Below, piece by piece: positions 1-8,022 of a stretch of 11,879 nt of DNA. The translations under genes were made by a program, and so were the position numbers. Source of the DNA: Chlorokybus atmophyticus (lineage: Eukaryota; Plantae; Mesostigma and Chlorokybus algae); assembly GCA_009103225.1 (NCBI GenBank), contig RHPI01001794.1, forward strand, positions 1-11,879, in the 5' to 3' direction. The notes under the pieces were generated by a model. It ran no database searches. It saw only the letters and a program-made list of their open reading frames with translations, and was not told the origin of the DNA. Positions within the stretch are counted from its first letter, which is position 1. Every line of letters begins with the position of its first letter.

Positions 1-816
1 CCGGACCTAGTGCTCGTCCTTACGACCTTCTACTCCTGTGTGGAGGGTCGATGCTGATCGTATGTAGGAATACTCTCAACAGTCCCGTTGTTCGCTTTCG
101 CCAGAATAGCGTGGGTGGACGCATTCCTTCGCTCCATACGGCAAGCCTATGATGAAGTGGCTTCCGCCGCCACTGACACTCTGGAGGGAGCTCTGGAGGC
201 TATACTGAGTTTGCCAGGAGTGGAGGCAGGACGTCAGCGCAGGTGCATCGCCGCTGCTTACGAGCAGCATGTCCAACAGCCAGAGACCCGCCTCACTGTA
301 CGCACACGAGCAATAACAGTGCTGGAAGTGGGAGTGGTCAACGGCAGATGGGATGCTTACATGGCAGGGATCCTCAGGGTGCCCACCATCACCCACGACA
401 TGAGAGCGCGGCTCCTACGCGCAGTGTACCTGCAGCCCATGCCTCAGAACCATCGCTATATGGACGTGAACAACAATGCGACGGCTACATGGGAAGGTAC
501 CCTAGTCAGAGAGGCAGCCCATGCTGTGCGATGGACCTATGCAGAGGAGCAGGCTGCACGGGAGGCAGTCCCGCAAACACCAGGTCCTCCAGGGTTCCCG
601 CCACAGCCACTGGCCACTCCTCCTGGCATGACAACAGCTGCACAGAGGGTCAACCCTCCTGCACCTCCACTTGGACAGGTTGCAGCAGCACCTCCAGTGC
701 CTAGGCCACCACGCGTGTACCAGCAACCGCGACAAGGACGGTTTGGACAAAGCCGAGGACAAGGAGGCCCACAAGATCCATCAGGCAGAGGAGCCCTGGC
801 TGCCCTACGGTCAGGC
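1..816 (+). CDS. gag: gag-like region (partial) followed by a Pro/Gln/Gly-rich linker
   Basis: Assigned by position, in frame and upstream of the protease. It has a helical-looking segment (FARIAWVDAFLRSIRQAYDEV...) and then a low-complexity PPG/QG linker. No zinc knuckle seen. One stop at 55-57. Confidence 0.5.
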
Positions 817-930
817 CCCGCAGATGAGAGTAAAGCAACAGTCTCTCCACGCAAGAGGTTCCGTCGCTGCAAGAGGCTGCGCATCAACGCCAATGCAGCC
901 ATGATCGCCAACCAAGGCAAGCACGTGACC

Positions 931-1260
931 GTCAATGGGCGGGCACCCAAACGCGTGATGCTGGACACTGGAGCACAGCCTGTCATCATTGGGCGCTATC
1001 TCGCACGAGATCTCGGCATCACCAGCGCTGAGCTGCTTCCCTGTCCCTACCAGCTGGACACCGCAACCGGCAACCGCGACAAGGTGCTCGGCCTTACCAA
1101 GCAGGCTGTGAGCATCCGCCTCACCGGACTAAACCCTTCCCACAGCACCGAGATTGTACAAAGGTGTGTGGTCACCGATGCCGGGTCCTTTGACCTACTG
1201 CTGGGACAGGACTGCAACTTCCCTGTCGGCATGGGGATAGACTGCTGGACTGAGCAGGCA
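931..1260 (+). CDS. retropepsin-type aspartic protease domain
   Basis: VMLDTGAQPVIIG with catalytic DTG at 964-972, and the second conserved motif FDLLLGQD at ~1189-1212. Confidence 0.88.
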
Positions 1261-1689
1261 TGGTTTCGACCGCATTGGGATGAGGATGATGAAGAGGAGC
1301 AGGGATTCCTACCTCTCGAACTGGTGGCCAAGGCCCGCTCGCAACGAAGGTCGGCCGCAGCAGCCACCTACAGTCCTACAAAAAGCTCACGTGTGCCTCG
1401 TGCCCGAACGCAGCCGGGGACAACTGCAACAAGCTCGCGCCCGAGCCTAAACGCTGAAGAGGACTCTCCTACACCGTACGATGAGTCTCAGGAGACTGTC
1501 ACCAAAGAAGTGGCCTTTCAGGAGCCATCCGAGCGTCGCTGGAGCGCACAAGTAGCAGCACACATGCTACTGACCAGGCCTCAGCTCACTGCACACTTCC
1601 CTGTCTACAAAGACCAGGCTACAGTGCAGGAGCAGTACCACATAGCTACTGGAGTTGTGGAGTTCCACATGTTCAGCCGACAACAAGGC

Positions 1690-2655
1690 ATCACCGTGCT
1701 GGAGCTGTTTGGAGGCATAGGTAGTGGGCTTGCGGCTGTCCTCAACATGGGAACAACAGTCACCAAGTACCTCTACTATGACCCTGACCCTCATGCACAG
1801 GAGGCTCTGAGCCATCATTTACGACAGCTGCACCAGCGCTACCCGCAGCAGCTACCGCTGTCGGCACTGCAAGGGAGCTAGAAGGCTCTGCCGCAGGACA
1901 TCCGCTGGATTACCAAGGATCACCTGCAAGCAGTCGGCAACATTGACCTGCTGATAGCAGGATGGGAGTGTCAAGGGCACTCCAGGGCAGGCAGAGGCCA
2001 CGGGCTCTCTGATCCTCGCTCACAGCTGTTCTAGGAGCTAATGAGAGTCATTAAATTCCTGCAGACCAGTCAGATCGCTAGGCCCTTGGGCTACATCATC
2101 GAGAATGTGCACTCCGAGGATGACAAGCGGCATCACGTCGCGAAGGCCTATCGACAAGTATGCTCCTTGCTGGGGCATCCTCTCAAAATCGACGCCGCGC
2201 ATCATGGATCTTGCGCACACTGCGTCCGCGCCAAGTGGACCAACCTGGCCATTGTGGAGGACCTGTTTTTGGCAGAATACCTATACAGCAATCGGCCACG
2301 AAATCTCGTCGTTGATGACATCCTGGACCCTGGACGCACAGCGCAACCGGTCACACGCCTTGACCGCCACCACTTGTACCAGTGCAACCAGCCTGGTCAG
2401 CCGCGCCGCGCACTACCCACACTTGTATCCTATCCAGGCTCCTGCGCGTTCCGCAATGGAGGCAACGGCATGGTGTTGGACTCCAACACTGGACATCTGG
2501 AAGAACCCAATGCCCGCGAGCGCGAGCGTGCTATGGGATTCTTTCCAGGCAGCATCACAGGCTCCACGCTGACAACCAGTCAACAGTGTCAGTTGTTAGG
2601 GCGCGCCATGGATCAAAACAGCATGGTGTGGTACTTAAAAATGTGCTTTGCTCTC
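1690..2655 (+). CDS. C5 cytosine DNA methyltransferase domain, DNMT3-like (two in-frame stops)
   Basis: Motif I LELFGGIG (FGGIG at 1708-1722). Motif IV IDLLIAGWECQGHS (Cys 1969-1971). Motif V-like DPRSQLF. Motif VI YIIENV (ENV 2101-2109). Motif VIII IDAAHHGSCAHCVRAKWTNL (compare DNMT3A IDAKEVSAAHRARYFWGNL). Motifs IX/X ERERAMGF...QLLGRAMD (compare EMERVFGF...RLLGRSWS). Motif IV is missing from the ORF track because it lies between the TAGs at 1879 and 2032. Confidence 0.93.
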
Positions 2656-2859
2656 CAGGACCGCCATGTGTCCTTCCAGGAGCTCGAACACCTGGCTGGT
2701 GGGTGGATTGCTCGCTTTTCAAAGACCAAAGCAGCACACACCGCCCTCGAGACCGCCCACATGGAGGAGCAAGCAGCAGTCACTGTGGAAGACATTCCAG
2801 TGGTCGCCAACGCTACCTCGTGGTCCCACGCTGTTGGACCGCTGGCCACAGGCCAGACT

Positions 2860-3790
2860 CGAGAGCAACTCGAGGCTCTCCTCAACAAGTGGAGGAGCCA
2901 ATTCAGCTTCAGTGTGAAGGAGCTGGGCATCTGCTCAGCATACCAGATGGACATTGAACTAGTGGACACCGAACCGGTGTTCAGAAGACAGTACCGCCTC
3001 TCCAAGCTAGAAGAAGACTTGGTGGAACAGAGGTGCAAGGCGCTGCTAGATGCAAACCTGATCGAGGAGTCCACATCGGACTTTGCGGCCGCGACCGTCA
3101 TGCCCCTGAAGAAAGATTCAGCAGGCCACTAGACAGACCGGCGCATGTGTGGCGACTATCGCCCCCTCAACAACAAGACCAAGCAGGACAGGTATCCAAG
3201 ATGCCTACCGCAGAAGGCATCTTTGACGATGTAGGAGACTGCACGGTCTTTAGTATCCTGGATATGCGCTAAGGGTACAACCAGATCGCCATCAAGGAGA
3301 AGGACAAGCACAAGACTTCCTTTTGGGAAACCGGCAGTTGTACCAGTGGTAGGTCATGCCCTTTGGACTGAAGAACGCTTCGGCCAAGTTCCAGCGCGTC
3401 ATGGACAAAGCCCTCAAGGGGGTGGACTTTGCACGCTGCTACATTGACGACATCCTCATCTTCAGTCACAGCAATGAGGAGCATCTCCAGCACATCGAAA
3501 AGGTGCTACAGAGGCTGAAGGAAGTCGGGATGACGGTGCACCCTGACAAGTGCACCTTCTTCACCCACAAGGTACCCTACCTAGGACACATGATTGTGCC
3601 CCATGGTGTGTACGTACAGCAGGCCAAAGTGGAGGCACTGGTGGCTATCCCTGCCCCCACAGACCTCACGCGGCTGCGGGCCTTCCTCGGCCTTGCCAAC
3701 TATTACCGCCGGTTTGTCAAGGACTTTGCCAAGATCGCAAAGCCTCTCAACGAACTACTGAAGAAGGACACCGAGTTGTGGAAGGAGGCA
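2860..3790 (+). CDS. pol: reverse transcriptase domain (disrupted)
   Basis: PVFRRQYRLS, RMCGDYRPLN, DRYP/MP, ILDMR*GYNQI, KTSFW, MPFGLKNA, YIDD (3440-3451), KCTF, VPYLGH and LRAFLGLANYYRRFV. Contains stops at 3130, 3270 and 3350 and both frameshifts. Confidence 0.96.
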
Positions 3791-3871
3791 CAATAGGAGG
3801 CCTTTCAGGAGCTGAAGCTCCGCCTCACCACAGCTCCCATTCTGCAACGCCCTGACTACATCAGGTCGTTC

Positions 3872-4231
3872 ATCCTGCACACAGACTGGAGCAAGCTTGG
3901 CATGGGGGCCGTGCTCGTACAGCATGACAACAACAAGAAGGAGCGCGTAGTGTCGTACGCCAGCCGCAGCAACAACAGTGCTGAGGCTAACTACAGCAGC
4001 TACGAAGGGGAGTGTCTCGCCGCAGTGTGGGCCATCTCCTTCTTCCGACCCTTTCTGTTTGGACGGCAGTTCCAACTTGTCACTGACCATCAACCCCTCA
4101 AGTGGCTAATGAACAACCAGCACTTGACAGGAAAGTTAGCACGATGGGCGCTGCTGCTCCAGGAGTACGACTTCGAGGTGGAACACCGCGCAGGCCTTGC
4201 CAACCAGGATGCGGATGGCCTCAGCCGTAAC
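3872..4231 (+). CDS. RNase H domain (Ty3/Gypsy type)
   Basis: ILHTDWSKLGMGAVL (Asp 3884-3886), YSSYEGECLAAVWA, LVTDHQPL, RWALLLQEYDFEVEHRAG and ADGLSR. Confidence 0.93.
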
Positions 4232-4600
4232 CCCCACCTCAGCACCAACGACGCCACAGGCGCCCGACATGAGTTGGGTCCTACAGCTGCACCTGCAGGT
4301 GTGGCCACCATGTTCGCTGTCGCTGCGCTACGCTCAGGACGCAGGACTCAGATCGCTGAGGCAGCAGCAGACGGGGACATGCCCGCTCTCGAGCCCGCCA
4401 TCACCACCACCGATCCTTTATCAGAAGAAGCAATCGCTGCCGACCCTGAGGTGGATGATGAGGAGCTGGCACCCACCGACACACGACAAGACATCTGGCT
4501 GGACGAGCCATCGCTCGCACTGCTTCGGACTGGACAACTTCCAGTAGGCATGAGCGCACGCGAGAAGGACCGCGTCCGGCAACGCACTCAGCGTTACCGC

Positions 4601-5750
4601 TGGGCCAACGACAGGCTGTATCGACGGATACAAGATGCAGATCAGGAGGTCCCCACACCAGCTGCACGTGAAGGCATCATCTCCTCCCTTCACACCGAGC
4701 TCGGGCACTTCGGTGTCAAGCGCACGGTCAGCCTGGTCAGGACCCAGTACTGGTGGTATGGGGTGCACAGACAGGTGCGGGGGTTTGTCAGCAACTGTCA
4801 GCAGTGTGACATGGTTCGCGCCAGCCTCAACACGCGCAATGCCACCTTGCATCCCCTTCCCATCTCCGGGTTGTTCTACCGCTGGGGACTGGACATCCTT
4901 GGAGACCTAGCGCCCTCAGCGCGAGGCAACCGCTACATCCTCGTCATGATCGAGCACTTCTCCAAGTGGGTGGAGCTGGTGCCCCTGCCCGACAAGAGCA
5001 GTGAGGGAGTAGCCCAGGCTTTCCTCTCCCATGTACTCGGACGCTTCGGCAGCTGCGCTGAAGTCATCACCGACCAGGGTACGGAGTTCAGGGGAGCCTT
5101 CGACAAGCTTATCGACAGATGCTTCATCAACCACCGTCGCACCTCACGCGACCACCCGCAGGCCGACGGCCTCGCCGAGCGTACCGTGCAGACCATCAAG
5201 AAGGCACTGCGCAAGTACGTCCTCGCCTACGAGAAGAATACCTGGGATGATCACCTCCCATGGGTAGCAATGGGCTACCGGCTGTCCAAGCAGGCAGCCC
5301 TGCGAGAGTACAGCCCATACTATCTACTGTTCAAAAGGCAGCCATTGCTCCCTTTCCGCGCATAGCAGGAGGTCGACAGAGTGGTGGACAATCTCGACAA
5401 CCCCGACGAGATGTTGTATGATCTGACAGTGCGCAGTGCGCTGTTCGAATACACAGTCCCCATGGCCTTCAACAACCTGCGCATCGCGCAGCACCGCGAC
5501 GCGCTGCGTTACGAGCGAGTGCGCAGTGGTTTCTACAAAGAGCGGGAGCGCCGCTTCGAGTCTGGAGACTTCGTCTACCGTATGGCGTCCACACGCGACA
5601 CCCTCGATACCTCCGTCGGGCGTGCTGTCTACAAGGTATTGAAGGTGCACCCCACAGGGGTACTGGACCTGTTGGGACAACGAGGCGAGCGTATGAAGGA
5701 CAACATGGTCAACTGCGCGCCCTGTCATCTCCCCTACATTGCTGGCTTCA
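4601..5750 (+). CDS. integrase (HHCC zinc-binding, DDE core, C-terminal module)
   Basis: HHCC with H at 4691 and 4706 and C at 4796 and 4805. Catalytic D 4892 (WGLDILG), D 5072 (ITDQG) and E 5177 (GLAER, 35 codons after the second D). SPYYLLF follows, then after the stop at 5363 a GPY/F-module-like FESGDFVY. Confidence 0.94.
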
Positions 5751-5788
5751 CCAAGATCCAGCACCCGCGTCCGCTGCGCAGCACCCGA

Positions 5789-5923
5789 TGCGAGAAGTGT
5801 GGCAGCGCCGACGACGACCCATTGATGATGTTATGCGATGGCTGTAATCAAGGCATGCACTGCTACTGCCTTGACCCTCCACTGGACGCAGTACCCTTGT
5901 GGGAGTACTGGTGCGATGACTGC
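5789..5923 (+). CDS. PHD finger (C4HC3) at the integrase C-terminus
   Basis: CEKCGSADDDPLMMLCDGCNQGMHCYCLDPPLDAVPLWEYWCDDC: all eight zinc ligands are present with canonical spacing and the LxPPLxxVP signature. Confidence 0.93.
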
Positions 5924-5991
5924 CGCATCAACGGCCCCCCACACAGTCGGTAGCAACTGAGTTCTGGAGCAGAGGGCTACCCCAGAATCTC

Positions 5992-5999
5992 AGGGGGGG
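5992..5999 (+). other. polypurine tract (PPT)
   Basis: AGGGGGGG lies 38 nt after the pol stop and 5 nt before the proposed LTR start TGTTGA. Confidence 0.8.
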
Positions 6000-6004
6000 T
6001 GGCT

Positions 6005-6833
6005 TGTTGACTGTGTGCACTACGATGCAGTCTGTACACAAAGGTGGCGAGCGGCATCGGCTCGTCTACTGCACTAAACACCGCGTAGGCTCATCTTCAA
6101 GCCTATGCCCACGATTGGGGGGTTGTCTTTTGCTTACATGACCCCAATGCAATGCACGGCACTAGCATGCGTGCAGCACTAGCACTCCTCCGCAGCCTGT
6201 CCGAGACAAGGTTGCCCTCGACCATGGCAGGCACGACAGCTGTCATGCCATCTACCCTCGCATGCCAGTCCTTCTCGAGCATGCCTACACCCAGCCCCAC
6301 GCCCGGGCTACCAGCATGAAGACCGCGCGAGCCCCAGCCTACTGCTAGCTACTGTACCGCTCATGTAGCATGTAGCTAGGGCTACTTTATTGACCTGTCT
6401 GTAGGGACCGCGCGTAGCTGATCAGTTGTAAGTCTGTAAATAACACATGTGCTATATCAAGTCTTAGGAGATTTCCGAAATAGCATAAGGCCTCGATGTG
6501 ACCGTTGGCCTAGTGCCCGCGTGGCACTGCACAGTCATGATTTTACAAGTATAAGTAGGAAGTCACGTCACCAGACTGGCTGGTGACACTGTAAGTGAGT
6601 ACTGTGAGTACTAGGAGTACTAAGAAGTAAAGACTCTGTTTCTAAAGAGCTTGTGAAGCGACTTGAACTGGAAGCACGCTGCCCCGGTTGCCAAGAATTC
6701 CCTTACTGCGTGAGACACGGTGCATGCTCTTGTGCGCTGTGCCTGCCATTGCTGTGAGCTTGACGGTGGTGTGTTGTTTCAGTAGTCAGGGTGTTGTATC
6801 CACGTGTTGCACACTCATTCACCTCACTTAACA
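6005..6833 (+). repeat. 3' LTR, copy 1 (829 bp)
   Basis: Starts TGTTGA just after the PPT and ends TTAACA. These termini form an inverted repeat with one C>T-type mismatch and follow the TG...CA rule. The sequence recurs downstream. The exact 3' boundary is inferred. Confidence 0.75.
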
Positions 6834-6895
6834 GTGTATCATTCTATCCACTCATGCAAAGAACTGTGTCCACAGCACTACCTATCGTAGTGGCT
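6834..6895 (+). other. 62-bp inter-LTR spacer (repeated identically at 7725-7786); weak PBS-like start
   Basis: Begins GTGTATCA, which resembles the iMet PBS TGGTATCA but lacks one G. Ends GTGGCT, identical to the PPT-LTR junction at 5999-6004. Confidence 0.5.
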
Positions 6896-7724
6896 TGTTG
6901 ACTGTGTGCACTACGACACAGTCTGTACACAAAGGTGGCGAGCGGCATCGGCTCGTCCACTGCACTAAACACCGCGTAGGCTCATCTTCAAGCCTATGCC
7001 CACGATTGGGGGGTTGTCTTTTGCTTGCATGACTCCAATGCAATGCACGGCACTAGCATGCGTGCAGCACTAGCACTCCTCCGCAGCCTGTCCGAGACAA
7101 GGTTGCCCTCGACCATGGCAGGCACGACAGCTGTCATGCCATCTACCCTCGCATGCCAGTCCTTCTCGAGCATGCCTACACCCAGCCCCACGCCCGGGCT
7201 ACCAGCATGAAGACCGCGCGAGCCCCAGCCTACTGCTAGCTACTGTACCGCTCATGTAGCATGTAGCTAGGGCTACTTTATTGACCTGTCTGTAGGGACC
7301 GCGCGTAGCTGATCAGTTGTAAGTCTGTAAATAACACATGTGCTATATCAAGTCTTAGGAGATTTCCGAAATAGCATAAGGCCTCGATGTGACCGTTGGC
7401 CTAGTGCCCGCGTGGCACTGCACAGTCATGATTTTACAAGTATAAGTAGGAAGTCACGTCACCAGACTGGCTGGTGACACTGTAAGTGAGTACTGTGAGT
7501 ACTAGGAGTACTAAGAAGTAAAGACTCTGTTTCTAAAGAGCTTGTGAAGCGACTTGAACTGGAAGCACGCTGCCCCGGTTGCCAAGAATTCCCTTACTGC
7601 GTGAGACACGGTGCATGCTCTTGTGCGCTGTGCCTGTCATTGCTGTGAGCTTGACAGTGGTGTGTTGTTTCAGTAGTCAGGGTGTTGTATCCACGTGTTG
7701 CACACTCATTCACCTCACTTAACA
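6896..7724 (+). repeat. LTR copy 2
   Basis: Offset +891 from copy 1, with 7 substitutions, all transitions. Confidence 0.8.
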
Positions 7725-7786
7725 GTGTATCATTCTATCCACTCATGCAAAGAACTGTGTCCACAGCACTACCTATCGTAGTGGCT

Positions 7787-8022
7787 TGTTGACTGTGTGC
7801 ACTACGACGCAGTCTGTACACAAAGGTGGCGAGCGGCATCGGCTCGTCCACTGCACTGAACACCGCGTAGGCTCATCTTCAAGCCTATGCCCACGATTGG
7901 GGGGTTGTCTTTTGCTTACATGACCCCAATGCAATGCACGGCACTAGCATGCGTGCAGCACTAGCACTCCTCCGCAGCCTGTCCGAGACAAGGTTGCCCT
8001 CGACCATGGCAGGCACGACAGC
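7787..8022 (+). repeat. LTR copy 3, 3'-truncated
   Basis: Offset +1782 from copy 1. Similarity stops abruptly after GCACGACAGC (8022). Confidence 0.85.

Larger units (their letters stand above)
1..5953 (+). pseudogene. gag-pol polyprotein pseudogene (gag-PR-DNMT-RT-RH-IN-PHD)
   Basis: ORFs 88-1881, 2041-3132, 3201-3272, 3356-3796, 3902-5365 and 5381-5953 join into one polyprotein. In-frame stops are at 55, 1879, 2032, 3130, 3270, 3350, 3794 and 5363. A net +2 shift at ~3199-3200 moves frame 1 to 3, and a -1 shift at ~3326 moves frame 3 to 2. The terminal TAG is at 5951-5953. Confidence 0.92.
1..6833 (+). mobile_element. Ty3/Gypsy LTR retrotransposon (degenerate copy; 5' LTR outside window) carrying a DNA methyltransferase and a PHD finger
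   Basis: Domain order PR-RT-RNaseH-IN is the Gypsy order. A G-rich PPT at 5992-5999 is followed by a repeated TG...CA-bounded unit (LTR) at 6005-6833. Confidence 0.95.
5999..8022 (+). repeat. tandem array, 891-bp period, about 2.27 units
   Basis: Units start at 5999, 6890 and 7781 (GTGGCTTGTTGACTGTGTGCACTACGA...). Confidence 0.97.

Noticed and set aside
1879-2034. TAG codons in the DNMT as programmed readthrough or selenocysteine/pyrrolysine recoding
   Set aside because: Similar stops and two frameshifts are scattered through RT, RH and IN, and are simply explained by transition-type decay.
76-5764. Many overlapping alternative-frame and antisense ORFs across the retroelement (for example 243-704, 537-989, 2382-2957, 2613-3101, 4421-4852, 5324-5764)
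   Set aside because: They are shadows of a GC-rich coding frame with no recognisable motifs. The main polyprotein frame explains the region.
6000-6890. Whole 891-bp unit as the LTR, starting TG at 6000
   Set aside because: The unit would end ...TCGTAG rather than CA. The 6005-6833 boundaries give TG...CA with matching inverted termini.
6103-7210. Short duplicated ORFs inside the LTR (6103-6300, 6994-7191, 7025-7210)
   Set aside because: They are duplicated only because the LTR is duplicated. They are 61-65 aa long with no domain features.
5999-8022. CRISPR array or prokaryotic methyltransferase (restriction-modification) interpretation
   Set aside because: The repeats are 891-bp near-identical units without unique spacers, and the MTase is fused in frame within a eukaryotic Gypsy pol.
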